Below, piece after piece: positions 46,619 through 54,748 of a stretch of DNA of 64,000 nucleotides. The stretch lies in contig CABMEV010000013.1 of NCBI GenBank assembly GCA_902385255.1, positions 14,047 to 78,046 on the forward strand. Direction: 5' to 3'. How positions within the stretch are numbered: position 1 is the stretch's first letter; each line of letters starts with the position of its first letter. The DNA comes from Candidatus Tiddalikarchaeum anstoanum. GTDB taxonomy: Archaea; Nanobdellota; Nanobdellia; Tiddalikarchaeales; Tiddalikarchaeaceae. A program made the translations under genes and the position numbers. A model generated the notes under the pieces. It saw only the letters and a program-made list of their open reading frames with translations, searched no databases and was not told where the DNA came from.

Positions 46619-47326
46619 ATGGGTTACGACAGAAGAGAAAGAAAAGAAGTTGAATGGATACCTAAGACTGAATTAGGTAAAAAAGTAAAAGCAGGCGAAG
46701 TAACTGATATTAACACAGTACTTGACAAGCACATCCCAATCAGGGAGCAGCAGATAACCGAATTATTAATTCCTAATCTAACAGTTGATTTCATACTTGT
46801 AGGGCAAGCAAAAGGAAAATTCGGAGGGGGGCAAAGAAGAATATTCAGAGTCTCGCAAAAGAAGACATCCGAAGGAAACAGGCCCACATTCCTGACATTT
46901 GCAGTAGTCGGAAATAACGACGGCATTGTAGGATTCGGAGTCGGAAGAGCCGCAGAAACAGTGCCTGCAAGAAACAAAGCAGTTGAGAATGCGAAGAAGA
47001 ACCTTCTGAAAATAAAAAGAGGCTGCGGAAGCTGGGAATGTGGATGCGGAGAACCTCACAGCATACCTTACAGCGTCACTGGAAGATGTTCAAGCGTAAC
47101 AATAACACTTTACCCTGCGCCTAAAGGAATCGGTTTATGTGTAACAGATGAGTGTAAAAAAATACTCAAACTTGCAGGAATAAAAGATGTATGGAGCAGA
47201 ACAACAGGAAAAACAAGTTCAAGAATGAACCTGATAAAAGCATTATTCGACGCTCTTAAAAACTTAAGCAAATATCATGTTCAAGAAAAATATGCATCTA
47301 AAATAGTGGATGGTGTGAAAAGATGA
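46619..47326 (+). CDS. rps5: 30S ribosomal protein S5 (uS5)
   Basis: 235 aa. EWIPKTELGKKVKAGEV...FAVVGNNDGIVGFGVGRAAETVPA. Confidence 0.95.
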   Translation: MGYDRRERKEVEWIPKTELGKKVKAGEVTDINTVLDKHIPIREQQITELLIPNLTVDFILVGQAKGKFGGGQRRIFRVSQKKTSEGNRPTFLTFAVVGNNDGIVGFGVGRAAETVPARNKAVENAKKNLLKIKRGCGSWECGCGEPHSIPYSVTGRCSSVTITLYPAPKGIGLCVTDECKKILKLAGIKDVWSRTTGKTSSRMNLIKALFDALKNLSKYHVQEKYASKIVDGVKR

Positions 47327-47763
47327 CGATAGCAGTTATAAGAATCAGGGGACTCATAAACGTCGAGAAGACGATAAAAGACACATTAATGATGTTAAGA
47401 TTAGAGACGAAGCATAGCTGTGTATTATTACCTGAAGCTCCTGTTTATATTGGAATGGTTAATAAAGTAAAGGATTATGTAACATTCGGAAAAGTAAGCG
47501 ACGATACTATTAAATTATTAATGTCAAAACGATTAAAGAGAAAAGACAAGAAGAAAGTGACGCCTGACCTTATTGAAAGAGTAACTAAACTAATCAAGGA
47601 AGGTAAATTATTGAAAGATGATGTAGATGTAGTTCCGATATTCGTTTTAAACCCTCCAAAGAAAGGATTCGAAAAAGAAGGCATCAAAAAGACTTATGTT
47701 CAAGGCGGGGCTTTAGGCAAAAGAGATAACATCGATAATTTGATTAAGAGAATGGTGGATTAA
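47323..47763 (+). CDS. rpl30: 50S ribosomal protein L30 (uL30)
   Basis: 146 aa. AVIRIRGLINVEKTIKDTLMMLRL pattern. Confidence 0.92.
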   Translation: MTIAVIRIRGLINVEKTIKDTLMMLRLETKHSCVLLPEAPVYIGMVNKVKDYVTFGKVSDDTIKLLMSKRLKRKDKKKVTPDLIERVTKLIKEGKLLKDDVDVVPIFVLNPPKKGFEKEGIKKTYVQGGALGKRDNIDNLIKRMVD

Positions 47764-47765
47764 AT

Positions 47766-48185
47766 ATGGTAGTAAGACATCGAACAAAATCTGAAAAAAA
47801 ATTTGGAGATTCTAATCGTACAGGACTTAGACACCGAGGCGCAGGCAACAGAGGAGGTGTTGGAAAAGCAGGTCATGGAAAAAGATCAAAACAGAAAAAG
47901 TCCATGTATATGGTTAACGGAAAAGTAGATTACGGTCAAAAAGGATTCAAATCAAAAATTAAACCTGTAAAAGCAATAGATGTAGGCTACATCTGCGAGC
48001 ACATAGATGCATTATGCGAGAAGAAAGGCGCCAAGTTTGCAGTAAACATTAAAAAATTAGGATACGGCAAAGTTTTAGGTGCAGGCGTAGTAGACAAGCC
48101 TTTAATAATTTCAGAATGCGGATTAATAACCGAGAAAGCAAGAGCTAAGATTACAAAAGCAGGCGGAGAAGTAGTTGAAGGATGA
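47766..48185 (+). CDS. rpl15: 50S ribosomal protein L15 (uL15)
   Basis: 139 aa. Gly/Arg-rich N-terminus RHRGAGNRGGVGKAGHGKR; operon position. Confidence 0.92.
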   Translation: MVVRHRTKSEKKFGDSNRTGLRHRGAGNRGGVGKAGHGKRSKQKKSMYMVNGKVDYGQKGFKSKIKPVKAIDVGYICEHIDALCEKKGAKFAVNIKKLGYGKVLGAGVVDKPLIISECGLITEKARAKITKAGGEVVEG

Positions 48186-49546
48186 ACAACTTCGAAAAAG
48201 TATTATCATTCCTTCCAGCAGTAAGAAAGAGTGAAAAAAAATTAGGATTTAATGAAAAACTGCTCTGGACAGGAGCCGTACTTTTATTATATTTCATACT
48301 AAGCGCCATACCACTTTATGGATTAAGCCCATCATATGTCAGCAGGTTTGAATCACTAAGCTTATTACTTGCAGCAAGATTAGGCTCATTAATAAGCCTC
48401 GGAATCGGGCCAATAGTCAGTGGAAGTATCATACTGCAGCTCCTTAAAACAGCAGATATCATAAAAATTGATACTTCAACAAAAGAAGGCAGAAAATTGT
48501 ATGAAGGAGTCCAGAAAGCAATAAGTATATTCTTCATAATATTCATGAACTCAATGTATGTATTATCAGGGGCGATTCCGCCTGCGAGTTCAACATTCTT
48601 AAATGTATTAACCTTAATAGTCCAGTTAGTCTTCGGCGGATTATTACTAATGCTGTTCGATGAGATGAGCAGCACATGGGGATTTGGCAGCGGAATAAGC
48701 CTGTTCATCGCAGCAGGAGTGAGCCAGGAAATCTTCATGAAATCTTTAAGCCCAATAATTAATCCGAGCACAGGATACTTTGTAGGATATATACCGCTCA
48801 TATTTCAGGCATTCTTCAAAGGAACACCACAATTGATAATATGGCCTCTCCTTACACTGCTGTCAACCGTAGCAATCTTCATGGCAGTAGTATTCATGCA
48901 GAGCGTGAAAGTAAATATACCCTTATCAATGGGAAAAGTAAGAGGATACACTTTCAAGTGGCCAATACATTTCTTCTACACAAGCAACATGCCAGTCATA
49001 TTCACAACATCACTCATTGCGATGGTGCAGATGGTAGGACTTATACTATTCAATGCAGGATTCCCGATATTTGGATCATTCAGCGGACAAAACCCGACAA
49101 GCGGACTGGCAAGCTGGCTGCAATTCCCAACAATATCAGACATAGTGACCCTTGGAGTATCATCATACACTATGCAATTAATAGTGTACCCGTTATTCCT
49201 AATAATAGGAAGCATAGGATTCAGCATATTATGGGTTAACGTCGGAGGACAGGATGCTAGCAGCGTAGCACAGCAAATATTCGACGTCGGACTCGGAGTG
49301 CCGGGATTTAGACGAGATAAGAGAATACTAGAACATATACTGGCAAGGTACATTAATCCACTAGCAGTTCTTGGCGGTGCAACAATAGGAGTGCTTGCAG
49401 TTCTTGCAGACTTCCTTGGAGTATTGACAAGAGGAACAGGAATACTGCTGACAGTAATGATAATATACAACTTTTACGAAAACATATCAAAAACCAGTTT
49501 AGAGGACGCTAATCCATTCGTCAAAAAATTATTCGGAGCACTGTAA
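48182..49546 (+). CDS. secY: preprotein translocase subunit SecY
   Basis: 454 aa, 10-TM pattern. GLSPSYVSRFESL...LGIGPIVSGSIILQLL. Follows rpl15. Confidence 0.96.
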   Translation: MNNFEKVLSFLPAVRKSEKKLGFNEKLLWTGAVLLLYFILSAIPLYGLSPSYVSRFESLSLLLAARLGSLISLGIGPIVSGSIILQLLKTADIIKIDTSTKEGRKLYEGVQKAISIFFIIFMNSMYVLSGAIPPASSTFLNVLTLIVQLVFGGLLLMLFDEMSSTWGFGSGISLFIAAGVSQEIFMKSLSPIINPSTGYFVGYIPLIFQAFFKGTPQLIIWPLLTLLSTVAIFMAVVFMQSVKVNIPLSMGKVRGYTFKWPIHFFYTSNMPVIFTTSLIAMVQMVGLILFNAGFPIFGSFSGQNPTSGLASWLQFPTISDIVTLGVSSYTMQLIVYPLFLIIGSIGFSILWVNVGGQDASSVAQQIFDVGLGVPGFRRDKRILEHILARYINPLAVLGGATIGVLAVLADFLGVLTRGTGILLTVMIIYNFYENISKTSLEDANPFVKKLFGAL

Positions 49547-49551
49547 AACCT

Positions 49552-50004
49552 ATGACAACAGTTCTTTACCTGTACAACCTGCCTTGGCTGACTCCGCTAA
49601 TTTTCACAGCATTAATCGCATTATTAACCAGTATTTTATCGCAGCTCGCATTCGCATTCTTTACAGACAAGACTTTCATGAAAACCGGGCAGGAAGAAAT
49701 GAAGAAATTACAGCAGGAACTCTTAAAGATGAAAGTTGACGAACAAGGATATTCCGAGAAGCAGAATAAACTGTTAGACTTAAACATGTCAATAATGACC
49801 CACACCATGAAGCCGACAATGGTTACAATGATACCTTTCCTGCTAATATTCTTATACGCGAAAAGCGTGATACCTACAGAGCAGCCTTTAATATCCTTCC
49901 CAGTTTCTTTGCCTTTTATAGGACCAAGCCTGGAATTTATAGGAACATACATATTATTCAGCCTGATATTCACGACAATAATTCGAAAAATTATTCGTCG
50001 TTAA
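49552..50004 (+). CDS. DUF106/EMC3-type membrane protein (archaeal YidC/Oxa1-like insertase homologue)
   Basis: 150 aa. TM1, then a basic coiled coil (QEEMKKLQQELLKMK), then two further TMs. Conserved position after secY. Confidence 0.65.
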   Translation: MTTVLYLYNLPWLTPLIFTALIALLTSILSQLAFAFFTDKTFMKTGQEEMKKLQQELLKMKVDEQGYSEKQNKLLDLNMSIMTHTMKPTMVTMIPFLLIFLYAKSVIPTEQPLISFPVSLPFIGPSLEFIGTYILFSLIFTTIIRKIIRR

Positions 50005-50040
50005 GTTTTTAAAAGGTTAAGGTTAGGTGATTATTTAAAT

Positions 50041-50289
50041 ATGCCAAAAAAAAGTGAACAAATCCAGAAAAAGAAGAGATATACCACTCCTGGTGGTTTA
50101 AGAAAGATAAAATTTCATAATGTGAAACATTCGAAACGCCATTGTGCATTATGCGGTAAAGAACTTATGGGCATTCCTACAATCACTAAAGGTGTAAGTA
50201 AGAGCTGTAAAGTTCCTAATCGCCCTTACGCAGGCGTATACTGCAGTTCATGTATGAGGGCCGTATTGCGTAAAAATTTGTTAAAATAA
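50041..50289 (+). CDS. rpl34e: 50S ribosomal protein L34e (eL34)
   Basis: 82 aa. RYTTPGGLRKIKFHNVKHSKRHCALCGKEL...YCSSC. Confidence 0.9.
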   Translation: MPKKSEQIQKKKRYTTPGGLRKIKFHNVKHSKRHCALCGKELMGIPTITKGVSKSCKVPNRPYAGVYCSSCMRAVLRKNLLK

Positions 50290-50308
50290 ATGAGGTGAAA
50301 AATAAATA

Positions 50309-50800
50309 ATGATCGAGATTGGTAGAGTATGCTATAAGATAGCAGGAAGAGAGGCTGGAAAGCCTTGTGTCATAATAGAATCTGTTAATCCAACAACAGT
50401 ATTAATTGATGGATTGGTCAGAAGAAAAAAGTGCAATATAAAACACTTGGAATTCACACCTATAGTGTTAGCTTTGAAAAAAGGTGCAGCAACAAGCGAA
50501 GTGCAAGAAGCACTACTGAAGAATAAGATAATAAGCGAGATTCCAAAGAAAGGGGAGAAAAGAGCTGCAAAACCAAGGCCTGTCAAGACAAAAATCGCTA
50601 AAGAAAAACCAGCAGCAGAAAAGAAGGAAGAGCACAAAGAGGTCAAGAAAGAAGAGCACAAGAAGGAAGAGCACAAGGAAGCTCCTAAAAAAGAAGAGCA
50701 CAAAGAAGCAAAGAAGGAGAATCCGAAGAAAGAAGAAAAGAAACCTGCAAAGAAAGAAACTAAAGAGAAAAAACCTGCAGCAAAGAAGAAATCAAAATAA
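50309..50800 (+). CDS. rpl14e: 50S ribosomal protein L14e (eL14) with ~85-aa Lys/Glu/His-rich C-terminal extension
   Basis: 163 aa. KOW-like IEIGRVCYKIAGREAGKPCVII core. Tail contains four KEEHK repeats. Confidence 0.88.
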   Translation: MIEIGRVCYKIAGREAGKPCVIIESVNPTTVLIDGLVRRKKCNIKHLEFTPIVLALKKGAATSEVQEALLKNKIISEIPKKGEKRAAKPRPVKTKIAKEKPAAEKKEEHKEVKKEEHKKEEHKEAPKKEEHKEAKKENPKKEEKKPAKKETKEKKPAAKKKSK

Positions 50801-50831
50801 AAAGATAGTAATTTAAATTCTCACTATCTTT
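50801..50831 (+). terminator. hairpin followed by T-rich tract after rpl14e
   Basis: 9-bp stem AAAGATAGT (50801-50809) / ACTATCTTT (50823-50831), 13-nt loop, then cttttattt. Confidence 0.4.
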
Positions 50832-50844
50832 CTTTTATTTAATT

Positions 50845-51201
50845 TTGGTAGATCAAGATTTCATCAACAACTTGAAAGAGTTAAAGGAAAAAAATCCACT
50901 CGAGTACTTGAAAGTTTTAAACGCTTACAAATTATCAAACTCTGAATTATACAATGAGATAATAAAAGCCATAACATCAGGCAAGAAACCTGCCGAAAAA
51001 GAAGGCCCGGCAAGGACAGAACCCGAGCACAAAGGGTACCCTTTCAATCTTGAACAATCAGAACCAATAATTGAAGAAAAAAAAGAAGACAAAAAGAAGG
51101 ATAAGAAGATTAACATTGAAATAATCACTTTTTTAGCAGTATTCGGACTGGTTGCAGTCCTAATAGGAATTATCATACTATTTTTTATACTACCAAAATA
51201 A
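50845..51201 (+). CDS. hypothetical tail-anchored membrane protein (non-ATG start)
   Basis: 118-aa ORF with no internal Met (TTG start). C-terminal TM IEIITFLAVFGLVAVLIGIIILFFIL. Acidic/basic linker. Confidence 0.4.
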   Translation: MVDQDFINNLKELKEKNPLEYLKVLNAYKLSNSELYNEIIKAITSGKKPAEKEGPARTEPEHKGYPFNLEQSEPIIEEKKEDKKKDKKINIEIITFLAVFGLVAVLIGIIILFFILPK

Positions 51202-51216
51202 CTCTAGTAATTAAAA

Positions 51217-52221
51217 ATGGGATTGCTGCCTTTTGAGAGGAGAACATTCAAAGTATTAACTCGTTATGATAGTGAAACAAACCCGGAGTACGGAATGTCC
51301 CCTTATAAGAGGACAATAACCGAACATTTACGCCTCGGAATGTTAAACCTTGACAAGCCAAGCGGGCCAACAAGCCATGAAGTTACGGAGATGGTGAGGC
51401 GCGTGCTCGGAGTGAAACTGGCAGGGCATGGCGGAACACTCGACCCAAGAGTTACAGGTGTTTTACCAGTCGCCCTTGAAAGCGCAACCAGGATTCTCAG
51501 GGTATTTTTGAAAGGCGGGAAAGAATATGTAGTTGAGATGAAGCTTCATAAATTGCTGCCGAAGGATAAAGTGCTCGAAGGATTCAAACACTTTACTGGA
51601 AAAATAATGCAGCTGCCACCTATAAAAAGCAATGTTAAACGAGTGCTCAGGCAGCGCGAGATATACTATATTGATTTCCTGGAAATGAAGGGAAACAGCG
51701 TATTATTCAAAGCTGGATGCGAAGCAGGAACTTATATTCGAAAACTTTGCACGGACTTCGGAGACTATTTGGGAGTAAAAGCACATATGCAGGAATTAAG
51801 AAGAACAAAAGCGAGCAGTTTCAAGGAGGAAAACAGCGTATCATTATTCAACCTTCAGGATGCGAAAATATTATACACCGAGAAAGGCGACGAGTCACTA
51901 CTTAGAAAATACATAAGGCCTGTTGAGGAAGCAACAATGCACCTTAGAAAAATATGGTTAAGCGACGGCGCAGCCGCGGCTGTAAGCTACGGGGCTAACC
52001 TTATGCTCCCAGGAGTGGTAAAATTAGACTCCGACATTGAAAAAGGAGACTTGGTTGCACTATTCTCGCTGAAGGAGGAATTAGTGGCATTAGGCACGGC
52101 ATTAATGAATAGTGATGAGATGATGAAGAATGATAAAGGAGAAACAGTCCACCCGGAGACTGTAATATTAAACCCTAACGTTTACCCTAGAAGCTGGGAG
52201 AGAAAGTTTAAAAAAGAATAA
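51217..52221 (+). CDS. cbf5: H/ACA RNP pseudouridine synthase Cbf5 (TruB family, with PUA domain)
   Basis: 334 aa. LNLDKPSGPTSHEV...AGHGGTLDPRVTGVLPVAL catalytic-Asp motif. C-terminal PUA region. Confidence 0.95.
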   Translation: MGLLPFERRTFKVLTRYDSETNPEYGMSPYKRTITEHLRLGMLNLDKPSGPTSHEVTEMVRRVLGVKLAGHGGTLDPRVTGVLPVALESATRILRVFLKGGKEYVVEMKLHKLLPKDKVLEGFKHFTGKIMQLPPIKSNVKRVLRQREIYYIDFLEMKGNSVLFKAGCEAGTYIRKLCTDFGDYLGVKAHMQELRRTKASSFKEENSVSLFNLQDAKILYTEKGDESLLRKYIRPVEEATMHLRKIWLSDGAAAAVSYGANLMLPGVVKLDSDIEKGDLVALFSLKEELVALGTALMNSDEMMKNDKGETVHPETVILNPNVYPRSWERKFKKE

Positions 52222-52238
52222 TTCTTATCTTAAATAAA

Positions 52239-52385
52239 ATGTTAGATTCCTCCCTGATGAAAATACTTGCATGCCCAGACTGCAAAGGCGACTTGAAAGA
52301 GTCCAATTCTAAGCTAACATGCATTAAATGCAAGAGAGTTTACCAGATTAAAAAAGGCATACCAATACTACTACCTAAACAATAA
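52239..52385 (+). CDS. Trm112-family small zinc-ribbon-like protein
   Basis: 48-aa ORF, below the track cutoff: MLDSSLMKILACPDCKGDLKESNSKLTCIKCKRVYQIKKGIPILLPKQ*. Shows the LACP-x-CKG...Y.I..GIP.LL signature. Confidence 0.65.
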   Translation: MLDSSLMKILACPDCKGDLKESNSKLTCIKCKRVYQIKKGIPILLPKQ

Positions 52386-52390
52386 CAACG

Positions 52391-52400
52391 TTTATAAATA
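52391..52400 (+). promoter_or_regulatory. TATA-like box for the two-gene surface module
   Basis: TTTATAAATA lies ~58-67 nt upstream of TTG 52458. Strong SD GGAGGGGG (52440-52447) is ~10 nt before the start. Confidence 0.4.
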
Positions 52401-52457
52401 AGAAAATTTGACCTTAACACCAAGTTTAGCTATGCATTAGGAGGGGGAAGTTTAAGC

Positions 52458-54746
52458 TTGAATAAGATTGGACAAGAATGTTTAGAAGGATTAGTAACAG
52501 GCGGCGCCGCTGTCGGCATTCCCATAATCGGTGCAGGCTTAGCTGATAATTTTGCCAGAAATCTTTCTCCTCATAATTACGTCGCCCAGGCAGAACTCGG
52601 GCTTGTATCACCTGATAAAATTGCATTCACAGGCAGTTATCCTCATAATGCAGTCGTTGAAAACACCTATTATTTTGACACAACAAAAACATTCCAATTA
52701 AATAATATAACGCAAAAATATAATCCCTTAGTTATTAACAATCCTAACATTGATAACAGCGGCGCACTAATCGGCCAGTACAGCAACGGCGCATGGGCTA
52801 CATCTAACGACCCAAACCTTACACTTTCAAACTTAAGCGATAAGAATCTTGGATTCCATTCCCCCGAATGCATACAAGATGTCGTAACACACGGTGAACC
52901 TGTTGCGAACGCATCGTTTGGCGCTCAAGGATTCTGGTCAGGTGCAGGAACATTCGCAGGCATAAACTTATTATTCGACGGAATAAAAAATTATAAGGCA
53001 GGCAATAAAAAAGCAGGAGCAATAGAGATTGGTGCAGGCGCCGGAATAACAGGAATTAGTACGATTCCAACAGCAGTATCATTAGCTGAGCAAAACACGA
53101 TTTACGCATCAAGCGCTTATAACACCACTAAAATATTAGCCGCGAAGAATATGTCGCTGCTTGGCGGCTCATTCATGCAGGGCTTAGGTTCAGGATTCCT
53201 AGGCAGTGCAGTCTTCGATGCCTTAAAATTCTTCTGGGACTGGGGCAAGAAAGGAGAAAAAAACCCAGACCATTTAGTCAAAGCAGGATGCAAAGCTGTA
53301 GCAGGCGCATCATTATTAAATTACGGCAGCAGCCTGGCAAATCTTGGCACTGCAACTTGGTATGCTAACTCTGTCGGACTTTCAGGAACCACTTTACTAA
53401 ATGGTGCAACAATGGTAAACGGAGGATACTTATACTCATCAACTATTTACACGTGCGGATTAACTAACGCTGTTGCTGCAACGACAACTGCACTTGGAGG
53501 ATTAGCACTAGGACTTGGAGTAGCACTTGGCATTTACGCAATTTACAAAATCGCAAAATATTTCTACAAAAAAAGACATGACAACGGACAAGTAAACCAG
53601 CAAGGAAATGGTCAGCAAGGCAACCAGCAATTACAAGGCCCTCCACAAAACCAGCAAGGCAACCAGAACCAGAACCAGCAACTTCAGAACCAGAATAACC
53701 AGAACCAGAACCAGCAACTTCAGAACCAGAATAACCAGAACCAAAACCAGAATCAGAATCAGCAAAACCAGAATCAGCAACTTCAGATTAACATCCCTCC
53801 TGTAAGTTATCACGTTTTTAACAAATTCTTACTTTCAGACATGATAGAGGATTTAGTAACAGAGCGCAGCAATTACAAAGCCAACCTGCACCATTTAAAA
53901 TACCATTTTAATACTGTGAATAACCAGCCATGCTACGAATGGAATGATAATAATATAAATAGAACCTTAACCAAGCAGGACATACAGAACGTATTAGTGA
54001 AAGCACAGAACCAGGCTTTAACACCTGATGAGGAAGCATTAAGAGATGCGTTCTACTTATCATTCAAGATAAATAATTACAACAAGTACAAAAACTTCCT
54101 TAACACAATTTTCAACACTGACATTCACCAGTTACCATTCACATCCGCTGCAGTGAACAACCCAGGACTGGAAAATTACCTTACAGGAAACAACTTTACA
54201 TTATTACTAGGCGAGTTAAGCAACAGAAATAATGCTCAATTACTAACACCATTATTGAACGGAGGAGGCATACAAGCTAACGCGTTATGGGATAATCATA
54301 ATACTGGAGAAGTCGAATCCCAGGAATTAATCAAGTACTTATTACTTAGACAATCATATGAGAGAGCAGTAGCTGAACTCAAAGTAGTACAGGGCGCAGT
54401 AAGGGTTGAAGACATAATGTATTACTTCGTTAAATACAACACTGAGAAAGGCGGACTGTTTGACACATCAAAAACTCCAACGTTTAAAAGAATAGATTAT
54501 GCAAAAGCGCACAATTATAGCCAGAATGCACCAATAAACAACGTAGGTGATGTGACTAGCGGGATTGACAAATTGTTCAACTTAGACTTGCTTGCATCAT
54601 TATTCAATAAGTCAACAGTACAGAATAACGTTCCAAATAATGACTCTTCATACGCTGCCCGCTTAATCGCTAATGTGAGAGCGAACACTAAAATCCACAG
54701 TATAAATGCAAATTCGAAATTTAAGAAGATATATAATGCTATTTGA
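52458..54746 (+). CDS. Gly-zipper-rich polytopic membrane protein with polyN/Q linker and ~320-aa C-terminal domain (hypothetical)
   Basis: 762 aa, TTG start behind GGAGGGGG. Several Gly/Ala-rich hydrophobic segments (GLVTGGAAVGIPIIGAGLA, GAIEIGAGAGITGIS, ALGGLALGLGVALGIYAIY). NQ tract at about residues 377-443. The stop lies 2 nt before the giant-gene ATG. Confidence 0.7.
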   Translation: MNKIGQECLEGLVTGGAAVGIPIIGAGLADNFARNLSPHNYVAQAELGLVSPDKIAFTGSYPHNAVVENTYYFDTTKTFQLNNITQKYNPLVINNPNIDNSGALIGQYSNGAWATSNDPNLTLSNLSDKNLGFHSPECIQDVVTHGEPVANASFGAQGFWSGAGTFAGINLLFDGIKNYKAGNKKAGAIEIGAGAGITGISTIPTAVSLAEQNTIYASSAYNTTKILAAKNMSLLGGSFMQGLGSGFLGSAVFDALKFFWDWGKKGEKNPDHLVKAGCKAVAGASLLNYGSSLANLGTATWYANSVGLSGTTLLNGATMVNGGYLYSSTIYTCGLTNAVAATTTALGGLALGLGVALGIYAIYKIAKYFYKKRHDNGQVNQQGNGQQGNQQLQGPPQNQQGNQNQNQQLQNQNNQNQNQQLQNQNNQNQNQNQNQQNQNQQLQINIPPVSYHVFNKFLLSDMIEDLVTERSNYKANLHHLKYHFNTVNNQPCYEWNDNNINRTLTKQDIQNVLVKAQNQALTPDEEALRDAFYLSFKINNYNKYKNFLNTIFNTDIHQLPFTSAAVNNPGLENYLTGNNFTLLLGELSNRNNAQLLTPLLNGGGIQANALWDNHNTGEVESQELIKYLLLRQSYERAVAELKVVQGAVRVEDIMYYFVKYNTEKGGLFDTSKTPTFKRIDYAKAHNYSQNAPINNVGDVTSGIDKLFNLDLLASLFNKSTVQNNVPNNDSSYAARLIANVRANTKIHSINANSKFKKIYNAI
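53664..53735 (+). repeat. perfect 36-nt tandem duplication inside the polyN/Q-coding tract
   Basis: cagaaccagaaccagcaacttcagaaccagaataac occurs twice back to back (53664-53699, 53700-53735). It is embedded in CAG/AAC/CAA-rich sequence spanning ~53584-53786. Confidence 0.9.
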
Positions 54747-54748
54747 AA

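Noticed and set aside
53584-53805. Possible CRISPR or other non-coding tandem array at the CAG/AAC repeat, plus alternative-frame ORFs 53608-53805 (plus strand) and 53631-53813 (minus strand)
   Set aside because: The repeats are contiguous with no spacers and are multiples of 3 nt. They are in frame with a long ORF that has structured domains on both sides. This is a coding N/Q tract, not a CRISPR array.
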